A stretch of DNA of 64,000 nt from Cycas panzhihuaensis (taxonomy: Eukaryota > Plantae > Cycadophyta), in NCBI GenBank assembly GCA_023213395.1, contig CM041465.1, positions 140,561,741-140,625,740 on the forward strand, written 5' to 3'. A program made the translations under genes and the position numbers. Numbering within the stretch: the first letter of the stretch is position 1; each line of letters opens with the position of its first letter. Positions 1 through 15,100 of the stretch are shown here, one piece after another. The notes beneath the pieces were generated by a model that did no database searches, was not told where the DNA came from, and worked only from the letters and a program-made list of their open reading frames with translations.

Positions 1-2023
1 ATTCCACCTATTTATTATTAGGTTTAAAGTGTTTCTTTTGTATTATATGATTGTTTTATTTGTTAGAGTAGTTTTCTTTTGCTTTAACATGAAAATAATT
101 TTAAAAAAATAAGAAGAAGATTTCATTATTATTTACTATCCTTTTCTTCAAGACTTATCTCTTCATTGAGAGATATGATTTGGGAATCAAACCAATTTTG
201 ATCTCCATCTTATTCCTCATCATTAAAGCATTAAAAAAAGGTTAATATATGGTATTGAACTTGTTTCAATTCACATATTAATTACCATAAAATTTGAATC
301 AACCTTCACCCTTTTGTATTCCTATTTATAACCTATAAGGAGTTGGTCCTAAAAAGGGTTAAAAAAATTAAGTCAACTCTTTTAAGAGAGATGAACAATA
401 ATGAAGGCTTTTTTTATCATTAATTAAGTGGACATACTATCTTCTATAGAGTTTTTGACAACTTATAGCAATCATTTACTATCAAAATTCCCCAAGTACA
501 ATAGAAATGTTGTCAAAATTTTGACACATCTTCCTCAATCATATTCATATTTTTTTCAAATATAATAATTTACGTGTTCAAGGCTATTATTTATTTGGTT
601 AGTTAGCTTTATTCTGAAATGGTTGTAATCAAAAGAAGAGGAGATTATTACTTTATAGTATCACTACAAGGTACCAACCTTATCCTTGAACTTTGTAACT
701 TTTCTTATTATCCTTAAAACCACACAAATAAAAAAGAAAAAGAAAATGGAATGAATCTTTGTTTATGTTACTTATTGAATCAATGATTAAAACATCTTCT
801 TTATTTTCTTAATAGAAAATAAAGAATAGCAAATGAGTTCATTATTTAGGTTAAAGGCACAATCATGTCTTTTATTAATTATTACTTTTCTTTACACTTT
901 AGTAAACAAATTATAAAAGGATTGAAAAGAAAGTGAAAGAACTGTGGATTAGATAATCATAAGTACACCAAAAGAACTTAAAGTCTATTTTTCTTATATT
1001 CCTAGTTAACGTCTTATAATTCATTAAAACAAAAAAAAAGAAAAAGAAAATGCATCCATCCATGCATGGTTCGATTAGTATATTATATGTATGAGTCTCG
1101 TATGCATTTAACCTAAAGTTGCATCTTAGATTTACATGTAAGATTGGTTTTCTCTCATTTGGTTACCCCTAGGTTAAATCGTATTTCTTTGCTTAGGAGT
1201 TGCTTTATCACTCAAGACTTTGCATCCTTAATGTACAAGCTTGTCCTCTCTTAAGGATAGATACTTCTCATTATTAGCATTTTTTGATTAACAAGGACTT
1301 GACATCCCTAATATATAAACTACCTATTCTTTGAGATTATTACTTTCCAATCATATTTTGAATACTAAATATGGTGGTTTGTGATTATCCTTTAGGTTGA
1401 AAGTAGTGTCTTATTTTTAACTTCCACCTCTATATCTAAGAACCTTTTAAAATGAAATATAAGCATCCCTGAGTCATTCATCCTCATAAATATATCATCA
1501 CTAGGTGAGGAAGTCCCCAATGACTGACCCCTAATAGGGTCACTAATCTAGGGTCCAATCTCTCTTGGGGCCTCACACTCACTAGTCCTCCCAATCTTTA
1601 GCTAATACAATGTTGTTTACTCCTTTTAGGTGGTTATAGAAGTGTAGGTTATAATTTTATATGTAGGAGAAAACTTTGGTTAGAAAAAAGAGGAAACCTA
1701 GGAAGTTTACTTTAGGGTAAGAACCCCCAATGATCTCTCTAACCATTAGAAAGTTGTTTGTAAATTCCTCAAAGTTAAGGGGACTTTTGATTCACTTATT
1801 TGATTGATTTGAGTGATGATGTTTATTAGATTTTATTTGATTATTTTATGAATGTATGAAGTAGTTTAATTTAAAAATTAGCTTAATTTACATATTTTTA
1901 TTCAACACACAAGTAAAGATACCTCTTCAAAGGGGTCGGTTGAAGGTCCACCTTTGAGTAATATCACATTTACTTAGTCTCATATAAAATCTAATAGGTG
2001 ATTAGCCCCAAGACTCAGAACCA
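1..2023 (+). repeat. 5' LTR of Gypsy1 (partial)
   Basis: Colinear with about 13110-15285. Similarity stops at AGACTCAGAACCA, and a PBS-like sequence follows. Confidence 0.88.
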
Positions 2024-2026
2024 TTC

Positions 2027-2044
2027 TAATGACCATACTAGGGA
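2027..2044 (+). promoter_or_regulatory. Primer-binding site, probably tRNA-Arg (decayed)
   Basis: TAATGACCATACTAGGGA versus the expected TGGCGACTCCACTGGGGA. Most differences are G>A or C>T transitions. It sits just after the LTR end. Confidence 0.55.
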
Positions 2045-2199
2045 GTTATTAAAGCTTTATAGTTACATACATTAGACTTTCATCCTATGCACTCACTTGA
2101 GATCCTTCATAAGATATCTTTTCTTGGTTAGTTTTGCATCTATACCCTTGCTTCATTCTTATTTAGGATCCTTATCCTTTCTTTTAACTTACATCACCA

Positions 2200-5100
2200 A
2201 CTTTGCATTCCTATTTCGAATGGAGATTCCTTCATATCCTACTCAGCCTAGGATATTAAGGAGGTAACAAGGCCTCATTCCTTAGGATTTTAAATATGAA
2301 CATTATGAAGACTATAAATCTTAGGAGGGTTACATGCCTTATGAGGGTTATCCTAGTTTTAAGGGTTATGAGATGTATGTTCACCCTCTTAAAAGTTCTA
2401 ATATTTTATATAAGGTCCCTATAGATCAAGATTATTTTGAATACCCCAAGCCATACTTGGGAGAGCTTTCATGGTAGCCCCTACTTCTATTCATGAAGAG
2501 GCACATGTAGAACATGTTTCCCATACATTTTTATAACCCTTTCTTTCTAGAGTCTACTCTCCTATTCACATTCTAGGATATTAAGATCCCTTTCACTAGG
2601 ATATTCATAATATGTCATTACCTACTCATCCACCCCCTAAGTAACATTAGGAGCAATGTGAGCCATCTCTTCAAGAGTATCAGCCTCTACTAATTGACCA
2701 TCCTCATCCATCCAATACTCCTCCCCCATCTTATTCTTCTCATCTTTCTACCCTAAAGGCACCTCTTGTTTCCCTTGATAAGATAAGAGATACTGGGTCA
2801 CTTCACTCTCAAGACTTTGTAAAGTCAATGCCATATAGAGAGGAGCTTAGGTTCCTCCTATACCCCTTGTTTTGTTTGAAGTCTCACTTGAGAGCACTAA
2901 TGAAGACCAATAACTTACTTTGGGGTATGGACACCAACCTCCATATCATATCCATTTCCCTATTCTAGACCTAACAGAGGTTAATCTATTGTACATCATC
3001 ATATGTTCCTCAATACCACCTTGCATATTTTACCTACAAGTACCATCCCTTCTTATGATACTTCTTACCTTAGTCAAGGGAACCCTTTCCGCCAACCTCA
3101 TCAAACTATGATATATAATGTGATACCTCCACACTGTTAATCTTATAAAGGACCTACACCATCTACTCCTCTATTCTCCATACATTACACTTACATTGGA
3201 GGCTAAGGCTTATTTAAAGGCCCTCATACTTACATTCTTCTGATTAACTATCACATCCCTCTGCAACAGATACCTTAACTAATTAGAGGGCCTATACCAT
3301 CTTATGGTCCTAGACCTACTTATGATTAATAGTCATATCTACAACATATGGTTCTACCTCTATAATACATTCCTTCATCGCAATAGTATCATATTCTCTA
3401 GATAGGAATGTACCTCAACCTTGTTGTATGGTTCACTCCTTCCCATCTTCTACATTATGAGAAACCCTTGTATGACTCCCCTCCATTCCTTATAAATAGA
3501 ATCCTTCTCAACTCCTCTATATATTGAGGCCCATGATATCACTTGTGGACTATATGAGGACTTTGTTTTCATAAGAATTCCTCCTTTCATCGATGCCTCC
3601 TTTTGTCCCTGATTTACCAAAATTCTCAAGAGAATTGACATAATATCCTACTAAGCACATGTAAGCTTTTACACTTATATGTGATAATTTTCTTCCTTAT
3701 GATTATATCATGATTAGGATCTTTCTAAAATTGCTTCATGTCAATGCTCTGAAGTGGTTTTATTACCTTCAACTTGTTTCCATCTTCATATTCTAATAGT
3801 TAGTTAGTGCTTTCATTAACTACTTTGATGTTGCTAGGCCATTTGAGATGGTTATCAAGTATATTCTATTTGTGAAACAAAATAATAATGAATCATCTCA
3901 TACCTAAATAAGATGATTATAAGACCTAGTCCATACTTTCCATTCTCACCTTGATTTAGGCCTCTTATTTGATATTTTTACTAATGCTTTGAGACCTCAT
4001 GTTTACTTGGAGATTCTCAAACTTGGTCCCTAAACCTATAAAGAAGCTATTAACAAATGTTTAGCTCTCAAAGACTTTGATATTCAAGAAGGAATAAAGA
4101 ATATTGATAAGCCTACTTTAGCAAGGGTTCCTCCTAAGGGTCCAAACCTACTTAGGGTGATCATACATACAATCATCTTATCTCTTCTATTAGAGCCCTT
4201 AACTATACCATCAACACCAAGCTACGTGTTAAAAGTGCCCCCACTCCTAATATTAAATAAGAATATAAAGTTATTCATTATGAAAAAGGTAAGAAATGAC
4301 AAGACCCTCCTACTCCCCTACCGAAGAGGACTCAGTGTTCTTGGCACCAAATCACTACTCATGATTGAGATGAGTGTCGAGTAGTATAGGCCATGGGTCA
4401 CAAAGCTTAAAGTACTAATAATCCTACTTCCAAGCCTAATCAAGATCAAGTAATCCATAAGGACCTCTTACCTAACCATGATAAAGAGCACACTAAGGAT
4501 GAAAGTAAAGGAAAGGCTAATAGGATGACACTAGTGATAATGAGTTCTTAGGTTCTAAACCTAGTAAGAAATATACCATCTTATATAAGGGTGGTGGTAA
4601 ATAAGCTAATAATCAAAATTAGGTACCCTCCAAAGGTGGTGAGACTAAATGAATGATTAATATAGTCAAGGTAACAAGGAACCTACTTTTGTCTAAATCT
4701 CCTAAAGATTCATAGATCAAAACTCCAAATCCTCACCTTTTATCCCACTTAGACCTATTCATTTTATATCCATCTCCTATATTATGAAATATCGATCCTT
4801 CTTATTATTTAATGAGTTAAAAACCATCCCTTCTAGGATTTTGATAATGGACTTATTAAGGAGTTATCTAAAGCAATGTTAAATCTTGCTTAACACCTTA
4901 GGGATCCCTACTCTTGGTTCCCTAACAAGTCTTGTCCTCTCTTTTAACCTTTTTTTCTTGCCTAATAAGAAGAAGAGAAACCTTAATGATATCTCTCCAT
5001 TCTATATTAAATTTTGTACAGATGAAATCAACATTTGACATGTTGTTATTAATGAAGTATCCTCGATGAACATAATCTCTATCCTCCTTGTAGAGGATTT

Positions 5101-8100
5101 AGAGATTATTGCCTATGAACCTTACAAGTGGATTTGTCAAGGATATGACATGAACCAAAAAGAACCTTTAAGGTAAGTCACTCTTGCACTCACCTTAGAA
5201 GGGAAAATAGTTATGGTTGATCTCACCATCATAGACCATGGCTTAGAATATAATATCTTATTATAGAGGCCTTAGATCAACTAGATGCTTGTTGTTTATT
5301 CTTTGATCTTTGGTGAGCTCAAATTCATTCACAAGGGAGAGTTAAAGGTCATCAAATGAAAGAATAGATCTATTAATTAGTTTGTTCCACTTATAGAGAC
5401 TATCATAGAAATAGGAAAGCCTTCTAACTCTTTTGAGTACCACTTCTAATCTTTGGGTTTTGGGTGGTACTTTACCATCAAGTTTATTTTAACACTTGAG
5501 CAAGAACTTAAGAGTGTTAATATGATTAACACCATTCCTTCATGGGAAAGTTTCCCTTCAAGTTAATCTCATGAGGAAATATTTCAGAACACTTAGAGAC
5601 TTTTCCTATATGCACCCTTACCTCTGTGGAAGAGATTTTACTGATTTTCTCTAGTAGATGGCTAATTAATCCTATTCAAGTGGTACAAGAATTGATCCAT
5701 CCAACCTCCTCTTCTTTATGTTAATCCAATGAAAATAATGGTATGCTTTAAGAAAGCCCTCTTTTACCTTAGGAAACAACTTCATTAGGACTATCCTCTT
5801 ACAAGTCAAATTTTAGGTGTGTCCTTTACTTGCACAATGTAGAGGATGCCCTAGTGATCATTACACCCATTACATATCCTTCTTAGTATGTACATTCCTC
5901 TCAATCCATTGCTCCCTCTTCTAATAAGGCATCTTATCATGAATCTCCCCTTAGATAGCTTAGTTTAATCATCACAATAAGAAACTCCTTATACATTGAC
6001 ATCTTGACCTCTTACCTCTAAAAGATGAGATGCCCTCTTTAAATAACACCCTTAGATTGAATTTAACATAAGGAAAGGAAATTAGGGAGACCAACATGAT
6101 CACCACTATCTCTCTTCTAACTAAGGTAGTTGTTCAAGATGATACTATGCCTTTTCTCATGCATGTGTCTCCTTATCTAACCCTCCTCCCAACTAATGAG
6201 TCTAACTTTTATCAGATTGTATAATTATATTGGGAATTTCCTAATCATATTAGCCCCTCATACCATGTCTCCACAATTTTAGATGTGTTTCCTAATGAAG
6301 ACCATGCCATCATTTTAGACATAGCTCCTTCATATTTACTTCATCATCCTCCCTCTCAACTTGAAGGCTCTATCCTTAGAGAGCTCCTTCATCTTGATCA
6401 CTTTGAGAATGATGAAATAATTCTAGAACATTTACTTAAAGCCATGCCAAGCCTTCTACCCATTCATCATAAGCTTGGCTTTACTAAGCACTTACACCCT
6501 AATTCACCCTTGGCTAGCTTAGATTAGCCTTTACAAGACTCTCCATCTTTTACAAGTCTTGCACCTCCCTACTTTGAGGAAGAAAATACCATGCTTGTTG
6601 TTAATACAATAGATGTAGATTTAAAAATTGATGACACACCAAAAATCGTCAAGGTTGGAGTAGATTACTCACAGAAAGAAATCAAGCAACTTAAAGAATT
6701 TTTCCAAGAGTTTGCATTAGTTTCCACTTCGGACTATAGTAACATAGAGCGTCTTCACCTAGATGTCATAGTCCATAATATGACTACAATTTTGGGAGCC
6801 AAACCCAAAAGGCAAAAGTACTGACTTATTCATCCTCATTTATCTAGTATAATTAAATAAGAAGTTAAGAAACTGTTGAAATCAAGTTTTATAAAAAGTA
6901 TTGACTACTCATAATGGGAATTCAACATTGTCCCTATTGCTAAGAAGAATGGATTGATTTAGATATGTATTGATTTTTGTGATATCAGTAATGCTTATCC
7001 AAAGGACAATTTCCCTCTCCCATTTCTTGACTAAATTTAGGATCAAGCAACTAATTTCAAGGTCATGTTCTTCATGGATAGATTTTCAAAATAAAATCAA
7101 ATCCTTATCTCACCCAAAGACTATTAAAAGATAGATTTCATAAATCCATGAGGGATATTTACTTATAAGGTCATGCCATTTGGTTTAAAAAATACTAAAG
7201 CCACTTATTAATGAGTAATGATTTTCATATTCCATGACCAAATTAGAGTTATAATAACCATTTACCTAGATGACATGTTGGCCCTATCTTGTTATATAAA
7301 ATATCACATTAAAGAGTTGAGAATAATCTTTGAGTGATATAACAATTATCATCTTTGTATCAATCCTAACAAGTGTGTCTTTATTGTCACTTCAAGTAAA
7401 ATGCTGAGAAACATGGTTTCTTAGGATATTATTAGAGTTGACATTGAAAAAATAAGGGCTATTATTGAAAATTTCCCTCCACAAAATCAAAAGCAAGCAA
7501 AATCTTTTCTTAGTAAGTTAGGTTTTATATGAAGGTTTATTTCAAATTTTACATTAAATACTAAGCCTCTCATAGATCTTCTTAAGAAAGGGGCTTCTCT
7601 AAAATGGACCACATCTATCTAAGAATCTTTTAATAAATTAAAGCAAGCTATTGGCCCTTATACTTACTCCTACTATATTTATCAAACCCTTTATTCTATA
7701 CACATCTTCCATTGAAGAATCCCTTAGGGGCATTCTTACTCAAGAGGATGAATTTAGTCAGGATTAAGTTATTTATTTCATAAGTAGAACTCTCATTACT
7801 ATTAAACTTAACTACTCTACTTCTAAGAAAGAATACATATCCTTAATTTTCAAAACTAAGAAGCTACATCATTATCTTCTTGGCAATACCACCTTTGTAA
7901 TTATTTAATTTGACCCTCTTTACTTTTTTCTTACTAAGAGTGATCTGATAGGATGAGTCAATAAATGGGCACTCCTCTTACTAGAGTTTTCCCTTTAAAT
8001 TATGAAGTATAAATCTAAGAAAAGCATGATAGTCACTAAGATTATGGTTGAAGCACAATTACCTAATCCTACCCACTTAGTTATCAATGATAGGGATTCT

Positions 8101-9384
8101 AATGAATAAATCTTTCAGGTAAACATTGTGTCTCTAAAAGAGGAATGGTACAAAGAGATCAAATCTTACCTTATGGACTAAACCTTTTCATTATCTATCT
8201 CCTCTAAAAAGAGAAAATAAATTAGAGCTACTACTCCTCAATATCTACTTCTTAAAGATGTCCTTTATAATTGCTCCTTCGATGGAGTTTCATTAAGATG
8301 TCTTTAACCTTCTAAGGCTTAGACTACCCTAAGTGACATAATGGCATATGTAGAGGCCACTTCAATGGCCAATTTATAGCTTAGTGTATCCTTTAAATGG
8401 GATACTATTATCTAATGTTATTTAAAGATGCTCTCACATATATTTAGAAATGTGAAAAGTGCCAACCACATGCCACATTAATCCACTAACCTGCTCGATC
8501 TCTCAAATCCATCATATCTACATGGCCCTTTTCCTAAAGGGGATTGACCTCATTGGTTAGATATATCCTCCAATATTAAGTATCCATAAATTTATTTTGA
8601 CTGCTATGGGATACTTTACCAAGTAGAGTGAGGCTATTTAATTTATTTCTATAATTAGAAAGATCATTATAAGATTTATCTTCTAGTATATTATCTACAA
8701 ATTCAGGGTTCTCGATGTTATCATTACCGATAATTGAACTTCATTTTGTAATACAAAGGTAGCTAAATTATGTAAGAAATTTCACATCACTCATTATTTT
8801 TCAGCACCTTATCATCCTTAAGCTAATGGCCAAGTCAAAGCCTCTAATAAAACCTTAGTTAACATCCTGGCCAAGACTGTGACTAACTTCCAATGAGACT
8901 AGTATATTCAATTATGTCCTAAATTATATGCTTATCAAACCTCTATTAAGAATGAAATTACAATGACACCTTTCTTTCTAGATTATGGCTTTGAAGCTAT
9001 TCTACTGCTCAAGGTAAAAATCTTATCTTTACATATTTCCCTAAAATAATTCACTAATGAAGAATGGAAAATGGAGGCATATTATTGGAATTAGAAAAAA
9101 TGGATAAAACATGATTAACTACCCTTAAAAATAATCCATCTTCTAAAACCAGATCTCAAGTAGCCCATGATAAGCAATCAAGACCTCATAAATTTCATGT
9201 TGGTGACAAATTACTCAAGCTCAAATACTTACATGATAAATAGTAAAAATTCACTCCTAAATGGATAGGATCTTACTTGATCATTGAAGATATTGAGAAT
9301 GGTGTATATTGTATTTCTACCATTAATGGCCTTGAACTCTAAAAGATTGTTAATTCATAATTCTTGTGAAGGTTCTATTCCTAA
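2200..9384 (+). pseudogene. Gypsy1 gag-pol remnant (gag about 2200-4450, protease about 4800-5350, RT about 6590-7450, RNase H about 7680-8000, integrase about 8140-9384)
   Basis: Manual translation through stops: PKDNFPLPFLD, FMDRFS..NQI, YKVMPFGLKN, YLDDM, KKCVF-like (RT); YFISRTL, KLHHYL (RH); WPF..G.D, YFTK, SAPYHP.ANGQ, PKWIGSY (INT). ORF 6591-6824 is the pre-RT region. Domain boundaries are approximate. Confidence 0.9.
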
Positions 9385-11080
9385 AAGGAGAACATGAATA
9401 TCCTCCATAATAAGGATAAAACTATGGCTCTTAAATCCACACTATATAATGAGCTTAAAATATGGTTCATTTCTCACTTCTCTCCTAAGACACCACTTCA
9501 ACATAGATGCAAGAGTCCTCTTTTACTATTTCATCTCCTTGATAGAGCTTGGTGCTTACTTGTATGTAAATATGACTCCTAATGACTATGTAAGACTATT
9601 ATCTATCCACAAGATATAAGAATTATTTGTCGGGGATGCACACATGCATCTCATTTGGTTCAACTGAAGTAATTTTATCTTATTATAGTCCCTCACTCTT
9701 CTGTCCTATGTTCTATACGTAATAAGGAAAAGGGTCCCTAACTTTGAAAACCAATATGATAGCTAGATATAAGTCCAAATGGTCAACTTCATCTATTTCT
9801 TTGTAAACCTATAGGCATGCCACTCTTGTTTATTTGAACACTTATCCTCCTATGCTAAGATAGTTCCTAACACCTCTCAATTACTCTCTTAAAATTTATT
9901 GCTTATTCTACTACCATCCTTTAATGCTCAAAGATAATTTGGTTTAAAGATCATTCTAGCCCTTATGGTTTAGCCTTCAAGAATTTGGTTATGGTTTGCT
10001 TATTTTCTTAGTCTCATTAAAAAGATCATCCTTGTTATAGTTTAAGAAGTGTTGATATTTTTTGGATAGGTTAATCATTAAGCACTTGAGTCTAGTCATT
10101 CCTTCCTTTCATCACATCTTAATGAAAATTACGTGATGATCATAGTTGAAGTGCTAATTATCTATCATTTAAAGAGTAGATTCAATGATGCTTAGTTCAC
10201 AAAAACCCTTGAACTATCATATGGTATGATCTAAGATAGTAACAAAAAAAGAAAAAAAGAAAAAAAAAAAAGGAGTAAAGAAAGAAGAAGCCTTTGTATA
10301 TATATCTTTCTATCCTCTTGGCATCTGGAGTAAGTTGCATGATGACTTTATCTCCACCTATAAAAATATAGTTTAGGTCCATTAGGGTGCATCATTTAGG
10401 ACCTTTAAATCTAGTTGCTTGGGTCTGTTATAGCCTTAATTGTAACCAAAATCTATTTGGTATCTATTAACCTTTACCTTTGTTATATCTAGGAGGTGCT
10501 CTCATGATGAGAAAACCATACCATGATCTTATCTCTTTCTCATCTTATAGTCAAAACCAAGTCTCTTGTATAGAACCATATCCTTATAGGTTGATTCCTA
10601 TACCATCCCCATACTTATCATTTTATCTTTGAGTTTATTTTCTCTATTCCATGGCATTGAGCATACATATCAAGGGGTAATTAAGGTAAATCAAGGCCAT
10701 CTACCACTACATGGGTTATTCATAACCAAACGTGGAACATGTTAACTTTTGTCAGTATTTTCCTACCTCAAGCAACTAATAATAAAGCTAAATTTATTAC
10801 TATCATAAGAGTCCTAAGTGACACCTTACAATTCATAGTATAGACCTACCAATCTTTTCTCTAATTCCCAAGTTATAATATTTTAACTTATTGGTGCCTA
10901 TCATGTTTATTTACCCTACTCATGGCCTTTTCATGCTTATGTTATCTAGTTGTTGTCTTATTTTCTATTTGTTATAACACAACATATTCTACATAGTCAA
11001 AATGTTGAAGTTGACTCTATGGTATCTTATATTCTAAAATACCATCACTCCTAGCCCCATCACTCTAAGCTAGGGACAAC

Positions 11081-11250
11081 ACTTTGTAATAAGCATAAAC
11101 TAACTTAATACTTTATAATGAGTATAAACTAACTAGATACTCTGTGATAAATATAAACTAATTAAATACTTCATAATAAGTATAAACTAGTTGAACACTT
11201 TATGATAAGTATAAACTAACCACTCACTCTATCATGAGTATAAATTGAGA
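11081..11250 (+). repeat. Tandem array of about 6 x 29 bp in the Gypsy1 3' UTR
   Basis: Unit close to ACTTTATAATAAGTATAAACTAACTAAAT, starting at 11081, 11110, 11139, 11168, 11197 and 11226. Confidence 0.85.
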
Positions 11251-11320
11251 TGTAAATAATATCATAAAAATACAAAAAAATGATAAAAACATTCAAAATA
11301 TTAAAAAACTACAAATATTT

Positions 11321-11590
11321 ACCTCTAAAGAACTACTAATAAGGTTAAACTATGGTAGCCACACCTCTTAGAATAGTTGTTAAAGAGGTTAAATTGTAGT
11401 AATAATACCTTTAAATCACTGCTAATGAGGCTAAACCATGGCAGTCACACTTTTGAAGCACTATTAATGAGGTTAAACTATGGTAGTTATACCTCTGAAG
11501 CACTACTAATGGGGATAAACCATGGCAACCAAACCTCTAAGAATAGTTGTTAAAGAGACTAAACTACATCAACCACCCCTCTAAAATCTC
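11321..11590 (+). repeat. Tandem array of about 6 x 42-44 bp in the Gypsy1 3' UTR
   Basis: Unit close to ACCTCTGAAGCACTACTAATGAGGTTAAACCATGGCAGCCAC. A 44-bp variant (GAATAGTTGTTAAAGAG) occurs twice. Confidence 0.85.
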
Positions 11591-11875
11591 CCATTAATAA
11601 GATAACAATATAATGGATAATTTAGTAGTAAGTTTGAGTTCAAAGTATAATCACAGTAAAGGATTTCTTAAGCCATCTCTATTATATTCTAATAAGATTT
11701 TCTTTACCACTAACACACACTAGAGACTCGTTATCTAGTCTGGCCTTTATTTTCAGCTTAGGAGATAAACTTAAGAAATTTAAATTCCATTGTGTTTGAT
11801 CCTATGAATTGAGTTTCCACCATTTATCATCTTGCTCTCTACCATTAACAAGAACTTCTGGTGACAAGGGGTAAA

Positions 11876-12129
11876 TGTTTCATTGTAATAGGTCCCTTTT
11901 ATCATAGTCAGGTTCTTGTCTTTATTTGCTTACTCAATTTTCTTACTAGTTAAGGTTTGCATTCATTTAATTAGTATTACTTGGTTAATATTTTTAGTTG
12001 TTGGATCTACTTTGGTTGTTGTTTGATAGAGAAAACTTTGATTAGGACATGATTAAGCATTTATCACTTTGGTTTCAGTCATGAGATTTAAAGAATTTCC
12101 AATAGGATGACTGATTATGTATGACTATG

Positions 12130-12175
<46 letters not shown>

Positions 12176-15100
12176 GTTGATGATTGATTCTATAATATAA
12201 ATTTATTCTGTTGTCTAATGTGGTTTATGAAGTTACTCCAAGTATTATCTATTTACTCTCTTTTCTAGATATTGTCAAGCTTACAATTGATTTTATCTTA
12301 TGTTTACTACCATTTCACATTTCCTTTTCCTAATCTAGTTTCCATTGAAGTCATCACTACTTTAGGAAGGCCTAACAAACTTATTTTATCATTTTCTATT
12401 TTAATTTTCTATGTTTTTTGGCCGTTATGGATTATCACTTTTTTGGAAACATAAAAAATATGATAGTAAAAATAAAATATAATAGACTCTCATGTTTTAT
12501 ATTTTACTTGTATTATTATATTTTTAGTTCATTGTTATATTTTTCACTATCATACATAAAAAATTAGAAAGAAAACATAGAAATTTTCACCTATTTTAAT
12601 TTGATTTTGGCCTAAATTAGCATTTTCCCACTACCTTATCCATGCTAATTTCACTTTCCCCTATATAAGAACTTATTGAGAAAAATTAGCAAAACTATGG
12701 ATAAAAACCATGGTTTTTACCTTCATCCTCATCCCTCTTTATCTTATAAATATTTGTTCATTTCTAGAGCATGGGAGAGAGTCTTTTATGTAATAAAGTA
12801 TTGCCAAAATTTTACCAGTACCTCTTGCTAGTGATGTATTTTTTATTGAAGTGGATTGGAAATATTCTTCTTAGAAGTTTATAAAGATTGCTAAGAGGAT
12901 TGACAATCCATCCTTAGCATAATTACTTCTTTTACTTAGATTCACCTCTCTACCCACTTGCTTGGTCATTTTCTCTTAGTTTTTCCATTGGTTCTTTGGG
13001 CATGATCTTTTCCATTACAACATCTACTATTGTCAAGTTTCTCACTTTCATAATGCTTGGAACTTTTTTAGAGCATATTAGACAAGGGCATGATGTTGAT
13101 CTAAGGCTCATACCACCTATTTATCATTAGGTTTGAAGTGTTTCCTTTGTAGTTGAGTATTTATTTTACTTGTTAAAGTAGTTTTCTTTTGCTTTAATAT
13201 TAAAAAAAATGGAAGAAGATTTCATTATTATTTACTATCATTTCCTTCAAGATTTGACTTTCCATTGAGAAACATGATTTGGAAATCAAACCAATTTTGA
13301 TCTCCATCTCATTCCTCATCATTGGGTCATTAAATATAGGTCAATTTATGGCATTGAACCAATTTTAATCTACATATTAATTACCATCAAATTGAATCAC
13401 CCTTTACCCTTTCTTATTCCTATTCATAATTGATAAGGAAGTTGGTCCCAAAAAAGGGTTTAAAAAATCAAGACAACTCTTTATAGAGAGATGAATGATA
13501 AGAAAGTTATTTTTGTTTTTGTTAATTGAATGTCCATACTCTCTTCCATAGAGTTTTGAGCAACTCATAGCAATCATTTACTATCAAAATTCACTAGGTG
13601 CAATAAAAAAGCTACCAAAATTTTGATGCATCTTTCTAAATTATATTTAAATTTTCTTTCATATATAATGATTTAAATATTTAATATTATTGTTTATTTA
13701 GTTGGTTAGCTTTATTCTAAAATGGTTGTAATCTAAAAAAGCGGAGATTACTTCTTTATAGTATCACTACAATATACCAACCTCATCTTTATAGTTTGTA
13801 ACTTTTTTTATTGTCCCTTCAACTACAATAACAAAAAAAAGAAAAGCAAAAAGAATGAATCTTTGTTTATATTACTTATTAAATCATTGATTGAAGTGTC
13901 TTCTTTATTTACTTGAAAGAAAAGAAAGAATATGAAGTGAGCTTATTGTTTAGGTCAACCTCATAGTCATGTCTTTTATTGTTTACTACTTTTCTTCATA
14001 TTTTAGTAAGTAAATCATAAAAAGATTGAAAAAAAAGTGAAAGAATTACAACTTAGATAATTACAAGTATAATGAAAAAACTTAGAGTCCTTTTTTCTTG
14101 TATGCTTAGTTAACTTTTCATAATTCATTAAAATAAAATAAAAACAAAAAAGAAAGAAAATTCATCCATTTATACATGATTTGATTGGCATGTTATATGC
14201 ATTCAATCTAAATTTGTATCCTAGATTTACATGTAGAATTAATTGGCTCTTGCTTGGTCCTCCTTAGGTTAGGTCCTATCCTACTACTTAGGACTTACTT
14301 GATCACTCTAGACTTTACATCCTTGATGTACAAGATTATCCTCTCCTAGGGATAAATACTTCTTATTATTAGGGGTGTTTTAATTGACCAGGACTTGACA
14401 TCCCTGATATAAAGACTACCTCTTCTTTGATATTATTTCCTTTTATCTATATTTCAAACACTAAATACACTGACTTTCCATTATCATTTAGGTACAAAGT
14501 AGTTTCTTCTTTTCTACTTTCAACTCTAAGTATGAAAACCTATTAGAATTAGATGTAGGCATCCTTGAGCCATTCATCCTTATGGACGGATCATCACTAG
14601 GTGAGGGAGTCCTTAGTGGATGACCTCTAATAAGGTTATTAATACAAGATTTTAGCTTTCCTAGGTCCTCAAACTTGTCAATCCTTTCAATCTTTGGTTG
14701 GTACAATGTCATTTACTCCTTTTGGGTAGTTGCCAAGGTCTAAGTTAGAATAAAGACTTTTGGTTAGAAAAAGAAAAAAATTATGATGTTTGTTTTAAGG
14801 TAAGGGCCCCCAATGATCTTTCCACCTATTGAAAAGTTATTTGTAACTTCCTCAAAGTTAAGAGGACTTTTGAGTCACTTGTTTGATTGATTTGAGTATT
14901 GAAATTTATTGGATTTTATTTGATTACATTATACTATTGTTATTCTTTAAAAAGAAAAATATGGCACTTATGAAGAAATAAAGATAAATGGCACTAAAAA
15001 ACATATTGAAGGTTGTAGTCTATTAAAAACTCTATTTAGAATATGTGATTAGAAAAGAGTCAACTATTATTATTGAAATATTTTTGACATCATTTCTTAA

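Noticed and set aside
5350-6590. Ogre-type intron between protease and RT
   Set aside because: At least the last 300 bp are in frame with RT, and I could not place convincing splice sites.
11081-11590. CRISPR-like appearance of regularly spaced repeats (also 61010-61460)
   Set aside because: Units are head-to-tail degenerate tandem copies without unique spacers, in eukaryotic TE context with no cas genes.
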